DNA of 63,536 nt, filler included, from Folioceros fuciformis (lineage: Eukaryota): assembly GCA_049999805.1 (NCBI GenBank). It is 22 parts of 22 records of this genome, joined end to end, with 100 filler letters (N's around TTAATTAATTAA, not from the genome) between each part and the next. Parts side by side here need not be neighbours in the genome. Positions count along the whole stretch, not along the records: positions 11,666 to 12,995 come from JBNGIO010006936.1; positions 13,096 to 15,616 come from JBNGIO010006937.1; positions 15,717 to 17,602 come from JBNGIO010006938.1; positions 17,703 to 20,618 come from JBNGIO010006939.1; positions 20,719 to 22,114 come from JBNGIO010006940.1; positions 22,215 to 23,728 come from JBNGIO010006941.1; positions 23,829 to 24,916 come from JBNGIO010006942.1; positions 25,017 to 27,992 come from JBNGIO010006943.1; 14 more parts are not named here. One strand, given 5' to 3'. A model generated the notes under the pieces. It did not search any database. It saw only the letters and a list, made by a program, of their open reading frames with translations, and was not told the DNA's origin. The position numbers were made by a program, and so were the translations under genes. Of this stretch, positions 11,700-25,412 are shown one piece after another (within the stretch, counting starts at the first letter, position 1; each line of letters starts with the position of its first letter).

Positions 11700-12315
11700 C
11701 CAGGCCACGGCGACTCCCACTCCCACGCTCCCGCCTCCGCCCACGCCCACGCCCGTGATCAGGCCTGCTCCCTCTGCTAGAGCCCAAGTTGTAGGCGAAG
11801 GTCCTCCCACGCTCCCGCCTCCGCCCACGCCCACGCCCACGCCCACGCCCGTGCTAAGGCCTGCTCCCTCTGCTAGAGCCCAAGTTGTAGGCAAAGGTCC
11901 TCCCACGCTCCCGCCTCCGCCCACGCCCACGCCCGTGCTCACGCCTGCTCCCTCTGCGAGAGCCCAAGTTGTAGGTGAAGGTCATCAACGAGGCGGAATT
12001 CAAGGGAGACGGACAGGTCGACGCGCAGCTACAGCTCTGAAGCTAGCCAGAGCGGGAGAACGCGCTGCCCGCGCTCAAGCCGAAGCTGAAGAAGTTGCGA
12101 GAATTCGAGCCGAAGCTAAAGAGCGAGTTGCTAGGATTGTACTTGAAGCTGAAGAGCGAGCTCGTGATCAAGTCAGAGCTCAAGAACGTGGTCGCCTTCA
12201 GGCCGAAGATGCTGTAGAACGAGAAGAACGGACGGGCAGCTTCCGCAAGAGCCATAGCAACCGTGGTGAGCGTCTGACTCTGCTCGCTTATCGTGTGCAA
12301 AGGGCTTTGCAGTAA
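11700..12315 (+). repeat. Three 84-96-bp tandem units inside an open frame encoding Pro/Thr-rich repeats, followed by an Ala/Glu/Arg-rich helical segment; product unknown
   Basis: PTLPPPPTPTP(TP)nV.RPAPSARAQVVGEG repeated three times; unit length varies with CCCACG copy number. Confidence 0.75.
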
Positions 12316-13095
12316 GTAAGTCAATTTCTCGTCGCAAGCCTCACCATGTGTTCCTCGAAAATTTCTGGCTTTGCAGTATGGTAGCTCTAGACTGCCGTGG
12401 CGTGGCATATATCCATGTGGAACTGCCCGTGGAACATGTCCAGTGGACATGTGTCATGCCTGTTTTAATTTGCAACTAGACTATACTGATTCTGTATGTT
12501 GCGCACAAATCATCACTGTTCACGTTGCACTACTGTTTGTGACAGGCTGACAACGTCCACCCGGACCCTGACCCCAGCACCACGATGACAGTCGTAAAGT
12601 TGTGCACTCGCACGCATCAATTTTACAGCAGGCTTGGCAGATGTTCGGTTGGTGAGGCAGGCTTGTCAGCGTGGGTGAGCACTTACAAGTGTGTTAAGTG
12701 CTATGGCTCATCCAGATGACGGGTTTCTTTGAAGCTGCGCACTTGCATTTACAGCAGACTTCACTTGGGGTGCTCCTGTTTCGAGGCAGGCGTCCTTACT
12801 TCAATGTTCATGATTAGTGCGTTTTGATGCATAGCACACTAGTGTAATGATCTACAAGAAGTGTTCTGTGACGATCGATCAATGGCTCCCAGTTACGTCT
12901 ACAGTCTGTCCTTTCAGCTTCTGGAAATTGCATCAATGCTGGCATAGTTATCAGTGCGGACCCGCTGTGCTAAGGGCATCGCTGTGAGCATCGCANNNNN
13001 NNNNNNNNNNNNNNNNNNNNNNNNNNNNNNNNNNNNNNNTTAATTAATTAANNNNNNNNNNNNNNNNNNNNNNNNNNNNNNNNNNNNNNNNNNNN

Positions 13096-15616
13096 GTATA
13101 ATTCTAAGATATTATATAACTAATCTATTAACTTATCTACTAAAATAGAGTAGAGTAATAGAGTAACTAAGAGTAATTTATTAGAAGAGTTACTAAAAAG
13201 TAATAAATTACTATAGATTATATAAATTTTTTAACTATAAAAGTTATATATTAAAGAAATAAGTTTTTTTTAGTTTAATTACTTTTTATAGTTATTCTAA
13301 GTTACTAACTTCTCTATTAAGTTAGCTAAGTAATATATACTCTATTTATTTTAGTTAACTTATTATATATACTATTATTACTACTAAAGCTTAGTATAGT
13401 TCTACTTACTTTATTATATTATTATAGTAGCTTTAGAAGCGCCTATAGCCTCTACGACTCTTATAGTCTTCTAACCGAAGTAATAGTAGGTAAGACCTAT
13501 AATAGGTACGTAGCTCGTCTCTTCGCGTAGCTCGCTATATATATATATTAAGTATTATTCTCTTATATAGGTCTAGATTAATACTAGTTCTATTAAGCTA
13601 TTTCTCTACTATTTACTATAATATAAAGTAAATATAATTACCTAAAGTTACTATCTTATTATAATAAACCTAAAGAGTAAGATACGGTACTTATAAGTAA
13701 GAAGGTATATAAAGTATAGAGTCTAATTACCTTAGAGTATTAGATATCTAATTAATAATACTAGATTATATAGTTCTATAATCCTACGCTTAGTATTCTT
13801 AGATAAGTATAGAACTATAGAAAGAACTATAGAATTCTATAGTAATTTATATATAGAATCTATAAAACTTTATAGAAACTATAAGAAGCCTTATATATAT
13901 AGATCTTATAATTTAATATTACTAGAATATTATAATTAACTTAGTTATCTAACTTAAATACTATACTTAAGACTACTTAGTTATTTTAACTCTTATTTAT
14001 TAAGCCTACTCTATCTATAAAACTTAACCTAAGTACTATTATACTTAATATCTATATTTATTATATATTTTAAGTACTTTATATACTCTTAGGTATAGCT
14101 TATAATACTTTAATTACTCTTAAGATAAGTAATACTAAAATAGATATATCTCTAGCTACTATTACTAGTAATACTAGATATCTATCTAAACTAGTAAAGA
14201 AATCTAATAAGTATTATAGTAATTATTAGAAGTTAGAATAATAGATTATCTAGTAAGATACTTACTTCTATCTTAACTCTAATATTAATACTAATAATTA
14301 AGTTATCTTAGTTACTATCTATATAAGAGAAGAAGCCTAAGACTAGATAATCTCTTTTCTTACTAAGTATATAGATAATAATATTACTAATACTAAAAAT
14401 ATAAAAATATTTAAAAACTAGTTAGTCTTTAAAAACTATTTCTAAACTATCTTTAAAGTTTAAAAAAAAGAAGCTTAGATAAAATAATAAATCTAGTATC
14501 TATAGTAGACTAAATTAGTTACTAAGTATACTACTTAATTCTAATAAATCTCTACTAGAATAAATTAGAATAATAATACTCTTAAGAGGATATTCTACTA
14601 AAAACTTAAGCTATAAGTACGTACTAAACTTATATATAGTAGATTAAGTCTTAATATACTTAAAGAACTTCTTAATAAAAGTATCTATATAGATAATAAG
14701 CTATATAAACTAGAGCTTAAAAAATAAAGCTTTTATTAATAAGGTAATCTAGCTAATATAGATAAAAGAAGGTATATCTACTCTTAAGGCTCTTAAAGAG
14801 CTTATACTATAGAATATTATACTTCTAGCTAACCTAAAGTAATATACTTAGATAATATTAATTAAGAAGATAAGAAATAGAAGAAATCTATAAAAAAAAA
14901 AAGTAAAAATAATAAAAAGATATACTATAACTATAGTAAACCTAGATACTTTACTAGAAACTATAAGTCTAAGAATAAAGTAATATATTATATTAGTAGT
15001 ATAATAAGTAAAGAAGACTATAATACTTCTAATTAAATACTTAATATTCTTATCTAAGTAGAGAAAGAGAATAAGAAAAATTACTAAACTATTATAATAC
15101 TATCTACGTCTAAACTAGATAGAAACTCTATACTAAATAGTATATTAGAACTAAATAGAAACTCTATTATAGAAATAACCTAGAGAATATATAATAATAT
15201 TAAAATACTTAGTAATTAAGTTAACTAGATAAGAATTTAAGATAATAATAAATAGTATACTAAAGAGAATAAAGAAAATATTCTACTAGATATAGATAAG
15301 TAAAATACTTCTAAAGATATTATAAACTACTAAAACCTTATATAGTAGTACTAATAAGAAGATATAGCTAAATAAAGAAAGTAAAAAAGCTTACTCTAAG
15401 AAAGCCTAGTTAATCTAGAAAATAAAGAAGAATAGTAGAAAACTTATAACTATAATAAGAATATATACTTAAGTAAAAGACTAGTATATAGAGTATATAA
15501 AGCTTATAGACTTAAGAAATAATAAGAGTATAAAAATCTACTATACCTAGAGACTAAAGTTATAACTATATAGAATAAGAGAAAGTTCTTCTAATAGAGC
15601 TTAGAACTAGAAGATA
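13096..15616 (+). mobile_element. RIP-mutated fungal LTR retrotransposon (Ty3/gypsy-type gag region)
   Basis: Extreme AT richness, TpA excess, and no CpA/TpG found by eye. Reverting transitions at 14923-14964 (TAC TAT AAC TAT AGT AAA CCT AGA TAC TTT ACT AGA AAC TAT) gives CYNCGKPGHFAR(D/N)C, a CCHC zinc knuckle. About 14565-14630 reverts to a gag-like WDD.ALKRMFYQGLKPQVR.EL. Confidence 0.88.
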
Positions 15617-17755
15617 NNNNNNNNNNNNNNNNNNNNNNNNNNNNNNNNNNNNNNNNNNNNTTAATTAATTAANNNNNNNNNNNNNNNNNNNNNNNNNNNN
15701 NNNNNNNNNNNNNNNNATATTATTGGATTCGATAAAATTTAATATTTGATGAAACCCACACATCATCAACATTTGTAAAATGAGTATAATAACTATTTAT
15801 CTTAAGAAATGAGAGTAGGTTACAACTGAAAAGCTGCTTGATTATATGTGCACTTATGATATAATCACAACCTTAACTTAGTACACAAACCATGAAATCA
15901 TGGTTTGTGATAAGTACTAATACGTAGGTATGAAAAGTAAGTACTAATACGTAAGTATGAAAATTGTCAAACCTATATAGAAATGATTACATACCTTACA
16001 TTATCCTCCTCATGTTATATAAACCTAAGGAAATTGTAGGAAGAACCTGATATCGTGATCGAATATCTAGCTAAATGTATTCTCCACACTGCTTTTGTTT
16101 TGGGACTTGGATTGTATATTGTACCCCCCATTGAGTGTAATTTCAATCTTAGGAGGTTTTAAAGAATATAGAGTCTAGATCACGTTTCATTTTACAAGCC
16201 GTTCACAAAACTCTTCATGTTTCAGCCTTTTATGACATAAGTATGATAGTGTTAACACATTGTGTTAACTAGCTCAACCTTAACAATACTGGTTAAGTAA
16301 TTGGATACAATATTATTAGTGTTATATTGTTCTAAACCTAATTCTAATATGTAATAGAGTATTCCAAAAATATTGACATTATTACCTTGGTGTGTCTCTT
16401 CCAAAGATAAATAGAAAGGTAAGGTACGTGGGACACATTCTTATATTCCATACATCATTGTATGATCTAGAATCAATAAAAATAAAAATTTTATATATAT
16501 CATGCATGATAGGAATTAGAACATGATCAAGAATTAATCTTTATCAAATAATGGAAAGGTGCCCATCATCAAAAGATTAGCTTGTATAATTTAGATTGAC
16601 AAGTTGGCCTTTTGTAGCTTTTGAGTTAGTCATTTGTTCTTTGACCTCCATTTATATACACTAAATATAATCCATGATAAACATATCATTAACAAATATA
16701 TAATACAAAGAAGAAGAAAAAACTCATTTTACTTCCCAAAAGTGGTGATGCAAATTGTGTTTGAAGTCTAGTAAAGATGGTGTGTTATGATAGCAACTTT
16801 TTATAGTAAAAATTTGGTTCCCTAAATTAAAAATAAATCTGCCCTAAATACATCCCAGTGTATAGGTGCATATGACATAAGATTGCGTATTACCCTAAAA
16901 TGTAGGGTAATAAAAACCCTTGTAGGTCAATAAAAACCCATTTAAAAAAAAAAAGGCTAGAACCAAGAAAAGTGAGAGATCATTCTGCCAATAGGCTTTA
17001 GCATTATGCACAATGAGCATAGCCTTATGAGTCTTCACCTCTTTAGATGGGTTTTCATATTGTTTTTCTTATTACGAACTGTGCTCCGTTTCCTTTATTT
17101 TTGAGACTCTCCCTGCAACGCTCGGGACAGACCCAATCACCAAGGCCTAGACTGGTAGATACGTATACCGTATACGGGGGGTATTTCTTTTCTTTTTATT
17201 TTCCTAATTTCCCATTTTCTATTGTGATCCCTATTTTTATGGATTTAATTCCAGAAATTCCAATTCAACTCTGTTTCACCCGCTTTCTTTTCCTCCTAGT
17301 TCGGGGCCTATTCCAGCACCTCGGGGTCAGTCTTCCATGGCCGAGGAACCATTTCGGCTGGAAGCTGATTCCGCTGAATAAGCTACCGTTTTCAGGCCAA
17401 GTTCCGGCTGCTAATCCCACTCCTTCCCACCTCTTCTCTATCTTTCCCATTGCTCATGCTCCTTCCCTGGAGGCTGGCTCAGCCACCAAGGGTGAACAGT
17501 TGCAAGGGAAGACTTAGCAGGCGGCCATCCAGCAAGGAAGAGGCGGCGTCCGCATATCTTTGAAGATCAGACATCCTCCGAAGTCTCAGGATAGTCTAAG
17601 AGNNNNNNNNNNNNNNNNNNNNNNNNNNNNNNNNNNNNNNNNNNNNTTAATTAATTAANNNNNNNNNNNNNNNNNNNNNNNNNNNNNNNNNNNNNNNNNN
17701 NNCTTCCTAGCAGTTGGATTCTATATCCTATTCTCTAGTGGGCATGATTGTCATC

Positions 17756-20300
17756 CCAAGATGTTCCAAGAAATATGGATATTAGATCTTTACTAGGTAT
17801 GATTACCATTCCAAGATGTTCCAAGAAATATGGATTTTGGACCTTTGGCTTGATTACCATCTTAAGATGTTCCAAAGAATCTGGATTCCGGATTATTTTG
17901 CCATACACCTTACTTATTTAAAAAACTCAACTCATTATGTTCTAGCTTTTCAATATGTAACAATAATATTGCTATTACGTTATGTTAATTATTTAAACCT
18001 TAACGATGACGATGGAATGATTAAATAACTTGATCAAATATTACATTGTGTTAATTATTTAAATATTAAAAGAACTTTACAATACTAATTGAATACTAGC
18101 TCAATACAACCTCTATATATATGACTGTTAGAATTTGATAACTCCACAATCTAATTTTTTATAAAATCAAGAATATTTTATTAATCCTTGTCAATGCAAA
18201 ACATATTGATGATCTCTACTATGTCACATATGCGAAGGTTTCCAATAAACTTACTTGACAACTTCAATCTTAATGTAATTCATGCATGACCACAAATGTA
18301 ATTTAAAGACAATATTAATAATATGTATAATTAATATAAAATATTATTAATTTATACGTTATGTGATGTATGTGTGCACGAATGTAATCTAAAGACAATG
18401 TGTTATAACATAAAGATGATGTGTTAATATACTTTATAACCAAAATAGACAAATACGTAAATAGCCAAAATGTTATTAGTTTACACCCTATATGGTTGCA
18501 TTGACAACTTGGATGGTTGTATTGAAAACTCACCAATGTTCATTAGTTTATACTTTAGATGGTTGCATTAACAACTTACCAAGATATTGTTGTTTTCTGA
18601 CTCGTCACTCTTATTCATTTTTTTTTCGAGATTCAAAATCTTTGCTTGCGCTCTCTCTAAAGAAGGCAAGTATTTACTACACATGAAGAAAGTGAATACA
18701 AAAGTTGTACACAAAATGTAATAGGTAGATACTTCCTAAAACCTTAAAGCCCAATTGGTTTTGTAATCTGCAATCAAAACACCCATGATATTTTGATACG
18801 TTTGTTATCTCTTTTATGTCTTCAAGCTTCTTTTCTTGAGTATTATTGAATCCTCCATCCATGATTAATGTTGTATTGTTTCAAATCCAATTTTGATATG
18901 CAATAGCATAATATAGAAATGTTGACAATACTTTCTTGATACGAGCTTCCTCCAAGGTGAATAGAGAACAAGGCGTATAAGATACATTTTTCTTGTATTC
19001 CATATATATGATAGATTTTACAATCATATGATGAAGAATCAATCTCAATCTAAGGTTTTTGTTCTGTTTGTCTGACAAATGGTAAAGATAAAACATTCAT
19101 CAATCAAATTTGATGAAATTTAATATGTATTGAAAAGACATGTCAATTTACCATTCGCCTAGTAGTAGCTTAACACCTTTTTTTTGTACATATCAAATAT
19201 AAATTTAGCTTTCATATTTCTATAGATAAAAATAGGGTAATAATTTTATAACCTTTACATGCAATGATTACCTCATGGTGTACTTTTACATTCTTATTAC
19301 TTTCAAAATAAGTATAGTTGTTCTTGTTATGGGATGAGACTAAGTTAATACTTGAGAACTACAAGTATAAGTACGATCATTGCATGGTCATAAGCTTAGC
19401 TTAACTTAGTACACGAATTATGAGAATAAGTTAGTGGTTTGGCTATGCAATAGCATAAGTATTAATTAGTGTAGCTATCAAAATTGTCAATCCTCCATAG
19501 AAATAGTAACATACCTTGCAACATTCTCCTATACATTATGAAAACCTTAAAAAATTGAACCACCCCATCGTATCAATAATGTCATTAAAATTAAAATAAT
19601 ACATCCACCAAACCTTAAACCCTAAACTATAACATTTACACCCTTATTACCATTTATTATTCCTATACTTCGCCCTCCATTGGGCATTATTCCTTTTCCA
19701 AGATGTTCCACAAAATATGGATTCCGAAATTACATTTTGCCATACACCTCACCTATTTAAGAAACTTATCAACTTATCACTTAAATTGTCTTATCTTAAT
19801 AATGATCATTAAATAATTTAGTACTCTACTAGTTAAATATGCAACAATGATACTATCAATATGTGTAAATTATCTTATCTTAATAATGATCATTAAATAA
19901 TTTAGTATTCTACTAGTTAAATATTAGGTCAAGACAATCTTCATATAAAATTTTCTAATGTATAATAATAATGATTATATGATTATGAAAACAGGTTAGT
20001 GATTAACTGTGCGCTATCATAAATACTAACTAATGTATAAAAATTGTAAAACCTAAGAAGTGGTTACGTCCCTTGCATTATCCTCTTCTACGTAGACTCA
20101 ATGAAATTGAATTGTCCATGTTTCATTATCAGTAATACTATATTAATTGAAATAACTTATCTACAACACAACTATATCATAACCAACTATCTAATTAAAA
20201 TGAGGTTTTAAAGATCTTGGGGTTTGCATTTCAGGATGTTTCGAAGAATATGGATTTTGAAGTATGTTTTGCCATATACCTCACATATTCAGGAAACTCA
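17756..20300. repeat. AT-rich repeat family with core AAGATGTTCCAAGAAATATGGAT (~17756, 17811, 17863, 19698, 20232), plus a ~58-bp direct duplication at ~19782-19923
   Basis: Copies visible directly; three continue into TTTTGCCATA(C/T)ACCT.AC.TATT. Confidence 0.8.
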
Positions 20301-20718
20301 TCATACTCTATTGTTTTAAACTCTAATGCTCAATTGAAACCTAACTAAGTTAAAAAGCTTCTAGCTTTAAACAACTACACAAACTAATTATTACAAAAAA
20401 AATAAATTTTAAATCCAAACATTATCTAAAGCCAAAAATCTCTAGCTTTCAGCATCTATCTAGCATGAATATGACAAAAAAAATACTATTACTGTTGTTG
20501 GGCTAAGCTTACCACACTAACTAAATTATAAAGCCTCTAGCCTTGAACAACTTCAAAGACTAATTATTAAAGAAAAAAGATATGGCCTATTACCGGATTA
20601 AGTGTTGAACACAATCTCNNNNNNNNNNNNNNNNNNNNNNNNNNNNNNNNNNNNNNNNNNNNTTAATTAATTAANNNNNNNNNNNNNNNNNNNNNNNNNN
20701 NNNNNNNNNNNNNNNNNN

Positions 20719-20950
20719 CATGGCCCATGATTGCCGCAGTGCAGGCCGGGGACGAGAAGCAGATTCGAGAATCGGGGCTAACAGGCGGGGACCACCAGGC
20801 GCAAACTATTACATTCCACCCACATGCAAGCGAGCGACCAAAGTGCAAAAGTGCAATGCGCGTACGCTCACAGCTATCCGGGCTTCATGCCATCCACCGC
20901 CAACATTCAATCGCCACCTTCATGTGGGTCCTGGATCATCACACCAGCAC
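20719..20950 (+). mobile_element. Possible copia gag/protease remnant
   Basis: Contig begins with MAHDCR (could be the end of a CCHC knuckle), and WVLD follows in another frame. Highly degenerate. Confidence 0.3.
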
Positions 20951-21726
20951 TCAGTGCCAACCGCGCGGGAGCCCTATACACAACACACCATCCTGCGATT
21001 TGGCAGCAGTGTCGTCCAGGATTCCACTGTCCCCTTAAATCGCTCGTCTTCCCGTTTCTGACGAGCCATGGACCCAACGAAATCACCGGGATTTGGTTGC
21101 CAACACAGGCGCCAGTGACAGCTTTCACTCACACATACTGTATGGATATCAACAAATATTCATCTTATACGTCCTGCCATTCCTGGCTGTAAAATGTCTA
21201 CAGCGTAAGGAACAAGCGTGAATCAAGAATCACAAAATTTGCCTGGCGTTTTTTAGCTACTTTAAATTAAGGCAACAAAGAGACAGATCAACCTTTGCAA
21301 ATTGTGTTACAGAACCAACCAGCACAGCCCAGCCCAGCCCATGCCACCTAGCTAGCTAGCTAGCACCTGTTCGCTGTCCTTCTCGCTGCCTTTCGCCCTC
21401 AGGTCTGCACTGCACTGCACTGCACAGCTCCAAACATATAGGTAGTAAAGTAAAACATTCTCCCATATAATATCACTCGGTGCAGAAATCCCATGCCCTG
21501 TCCTTCGCTTCTATCCACCCTGTGCTGGAGCGCAGTTGGGAATCCGGAGCCTAACTTGCCACCAAAATCCAACTCCACTCCCCTGCCTGCCTCCTGTTAT
21601 CCCTCACAAAGAGGGTTATCGTGGCTCGTCTCAACTCGCCATCCTTGGATTCGATGGATCAATCCACCAGTTAAAATTTGCATGGCAGCCATATGCCCTG
21701 CTTACCTACCCGATTCCACCCTCTTA

Positions 21727-22114
21727 CTATTGAGCCTCCAGGCTGAGGGGAAGGCCACTACCAAAATTGTCAATCTTCCGCTTCTTTACAACTGGTGCGC
21801 TCACCAAGCTCACACTCGGACTGGACTCCAGAGACCTCATGGTACTCTCACTGGCACAGCTGATCATTGAAGCCGCCTCCAGTACCCCTACAGGGCTCCG
21901 GGGGACAGTCGTGGTGAGCGAAATCTTCCGTTTTGCTGCCATGTTGACGGGATTGAAAAACTGCTCCTGCATGAGACGATAGCAGCGATCTGCAGCTTCC
22001 TGTGGGGAACGGCCAGCCAAAACCGCGATCAGACGACAGAAAATGCCTTTCTTCAATACATCGACGAAATGTAAGATGAAAGCCTGCCGGACCCATGCAC
22101 TCACTCTGTCGATA
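21727..22114 (-). CDS. CYCD: D-type cyclin, 3' end. Exons >22114-22105 and 21999-21727.
   Basis: IDR|EAADRCYRLMQE...PRSPVGVLEAA...KKRKI matches the plant CYCD C-terminal SPxGVL(D/E)AA and KRRK motifs; GT-AG intron at 22104-22000. Confidence 0.8.
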
Positions 22115-24000
22115 NNNNNNNNNNNNNNNNNNNNNNNNNNNNNNNNNNNNNNNNNNNNTTAATTAATTAANNNNNNNNNNNNNNNNNNNNNNNNNNNNNN
22201 NNNNNNNNNNNNNNATCCTGCACCTTCTGCCCTCCTGAAGGATTGCTTTGTTCTTATTGTCACAAGCTTGGGCATCTTGTGTCTGTATGCTTCCAAAAGC
22301 ATCCAGAGCAAAGGCACCAGCGAGGGGGCACCACAAATGCTGTAGGGACAACCCCCACTTCCACAGATTCAAGCACCTTGGCAATAAGCATCTCAAAAGT
22401 CTCATGTGGCAAACAGTAGCGAGAGAAGGCCAAGGCTAAGGGGGCTGCTGATGCAGATAAATTTGCATCGCTAGAAGCAATCGTGGCTGCTCTTGCCACT
22501 CAAGTGGAAGCAATCTTGGCCAACATCACTAATAGCAGCTTGGCTACACTCAAACAGCTAGGGGTACCATTTTGGTGCCAACACAAGTGGAAGATGGTGA
22601 GGATTATGGGATTCCTCACCTATATAGTGGAGATAGCAACAGTAGACGTGTCACAACCACTCTCCACCATGCCCTCCACATGGGTGGGCCAAGACTTGGG
22701 ATGGTTGACCATGGTTGCAGTAGCTAGATCCATAGGGCCTATCAATGGCAGCATGGAGCAAGGGCTGCCATACCCTAGTCTTTCACCCCTCTTCCTTTGA
22801 GAGCATCCATCCCTATCCGGGGTCAGGATCACTTGGTTGACGAGCAAATAGGTATGGCCAACCTAGGATTACATACAAGGCCTTCTATGCCTACAGTAAG
22901 TTGCCGACCCATTTAGAAAGGATGGCGGTGCCATTTCATGCCACAAGTGCTCAGCACCAAGCAATTGGCTCATAGACTAGCAGATGCACCCTTGTTTTCC
23001 ATCCGGGACATGGGCATCAATTCTGAAAACTTGAGTCAAGTCCTTAGGAATGGCGAACCAGCAGCATCAACCATGATGCCCGCAGGAATGGCCAGCCCTA
23101 TCCATACTTGATGTGCTGCATATATGGCCCCTATCCCTACCATGGGCATGCCATCTTTAGCAATAGGGATGGTCACACAAGGTGACAGGGGACCCATGAT
23201 TGGGGCATATGCTTCTCAGCATGCGATAGTGTCGTGCCCTCAGTGGCGGAGCCCATGTCGTATGTCACGCTCCATAAGACGGAGTGGTGGATTGGCCGGA
23301 GTATGGGTTCTTGGCTCCACCGGAGCGGCGAGCGGACCAACAAGACTGACTGGGCGATTCATTGGGTTGGCGGACACGTTACACCAATAGGCAACTCAGT
23401 CCAGGAGAATGGGTGTTGTGGGGGAGGGACGCAAGGCGGGCGGTGAGTGAGGAGTGAGGTGGGGCACGAGATGAGAGCGCGGATCGGCAGGGTTCCAAAA
23501 GAACGCTCTGGTCCGAGAGCTTACCTCGAGGATCCGCTTCCAACTAGTCACTGCCGTAAGGCTTTCCAGGTTCGACCCTCGAACGTCGTGGTCATCCTAC
23601 AATCCCTTGCATAGGCCGCGGACTCTGTTAGCTGAAGAGGGATAGCCCAGTCTCCGGTCGCAAGATCGCTCTTGCTGTCCGAAAAAGGATGGACATCTCG
23701 AGGCGAGGAGGGCTCAGGTCCTTGACCANNNNNNNNNNNNNNNNNNNNNNNNNNNNNNNNNNNNNNNNNNNNTTAATTAATTAANNNNNNNNNNNNNNNN
23801 NNNNNNNNNNNNNNNNNNNNNNNNNNNNGTGCCTGATGACCTAAACAACTATACTTAAGAGCTATAAAAGAAGATATGTATACTAGCACTTTCTTAGTTT
23901 TAGTTACTTTTGTGAACCAGAGAAGGATGTTTGTTTATGCTAGGGAACATTTATAGTGAGTCTGCATGGTTTGGTTACAGATGGATGAAGACTAGTTGTG

Positions 24001-24025
24001 TTTAGGGTTTAGGGTTTAGGGTTTA
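24001..24025 (+). repeat. Short interstitial plant telomere-type repeat (TTTAGGG)3 TTTA
   Basis: Read directly from the sequence. Confidence 0.9.
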
Positions 24026-25016
24026 TCATGTGGATTGGAGGAAATTAATCCTGCTATTGTTTTGTTGACACATAATACTAAAAGCGCAAGGAGAAGAGAA
24101 CACGTGCATTTGTTGATAAAAGGCATGTACAGATCCTGAGCTTAGTGGGAACGGGAACCGACCTCCAGGCGAAGTGTACGTGTGGTGGGCTGGCGTTTGG
24201 AGCGAGCGGCAAGGTGGATGGAGGTGTGATGCCGCATGCCTGCCCCGCTTGATAGATATGTGCGTACATTCAGGTGAAGGAAATGTGGGCGAGCGTGGGG
24301 GGGAGCAGGTTCTGAAGATGCATCGCTTGTTATTATCAGGCGCAGCAAGCTGCGTCTGGGTCTGGGTACACACATGCGAGGCCACAAAAGCGTGCCTGTC
24401 ATGACTATTGCATGGCATCAGCATTGGCTCCGGATCCGGGCTCTTGCTCCGGCTCCGGCTCTGGAGCTGGCTGGCATTGACATCGGCATTGCTTCCATCA
24501 CCGGTGACCCGCGAGCCGGGATGACAGACTGTAAAGAGGCAGACGCTTTGCGAAACAGACATGCAACCTCGCCCGGGCTTTAGCCTCTCACACCGGCCCA
24601 GGCCACTGTCCGACAAAACAACGAGGCGATGACGAGGCCAAGTTGTGGCGCGCGGGGTTTTTGAGGAAGCAGAGAGGAAGGGGGGAGGAAGGACGGAAGG
24701 AAGGGAGCAAGGAAGCAAGGAAGGATAACACGCGCATCCCGAGATGACTGCGCCCTGGCCTCTAAGCCTGCTGCTGTACAGAGTTCTGTTGCTGTCAGGA
24801 CACGCGCTGGTGCTGGACCCTACCCGCAGGTTCGTGGAATCCTCTTCCCGCTTCCCGCTTCCCCTGATTTTGTATGAATGGCCTGGCCAGGGCCAGGCCT
24901 GTCCGCCTGTCTACACNNNNNNNNNNNNNNNNNNNNNNNNNNNNNNNNNNNNNNNNNNNNTTAATTAATTAANNNNNNNNNNNNNNNNNNNNNNNNNNNN
25001 NNNNNNNNNNNNNNNN

Positions 25017-25412
25017 TCCCTATCCTACTCTCGCCCTGCTCCACTCGGTTCCTATCCCGCTCTTGCCCTGCTCCACTCGGTTCCTATCCCGCTCTCGTCT
25101 GCTCCACTCGGTCCCTATCCTACTCTCGCCCTGCTCCACTCGGTTCCTATCCCGCTCTCGCCCTGATCCACTCGGTGCGTATCCCGCTCTCGCCTGCTCC
25201 ACTCGGTCCCTATTCTACTCTTGCCCTGCTCCACTCGGTTCCTATCCCGCTCTCGCCCTGCTCCACTCGAATCCTATCCCGCTCTCGCATGCTTTACCCG
25301 GTCCCTATCCCGCTCTCACTTGCTCCACCTGGTCCCTATCTTGTTCTTCCCCGCTCCACCCGGTCCCTAACCTACTCTCGCCCGTTGCTCTTGGTCCCTA
25401 TCCCGCTCTTGC
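25017..25412. repeat. 32-bp minisatellite, about 12 copies, degrading toward the 3' side
   Basis: Head-to-tail unit CCTATCCCGCTCTCGCCCTGCTCCACTCGGTT with no spacers. Confidence 0.92.

Noticed and set aside
17756..17890. ~25-bp repeats spaced ~55 bp apart, resembling a mini-CRISPR
   Set aside because: The intervening sequences are similar to each other (TGATT..CAT), so these are degenerate tandem units.
22215..23728. Short ORFs on both strands and a TGGTC start on the - strand suggesting a PBS
   Set aside because: No recognisable domain or tRNA complementarity; probably decayed repeat, left unannotated.
24001..24025. Possible chromosome end
   Set aside because: Only three and a half units, internal to the contig; a telo-box or interstitial remnant.
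25017..25412. 32-bp repeats of CRISPR-like length
   Set aside because: Units are head-to-tail with no unique spacers, there are no cas genes, and the context is eukaryotic. It is a minisatellite, and the overlapping ORFs are by-products.
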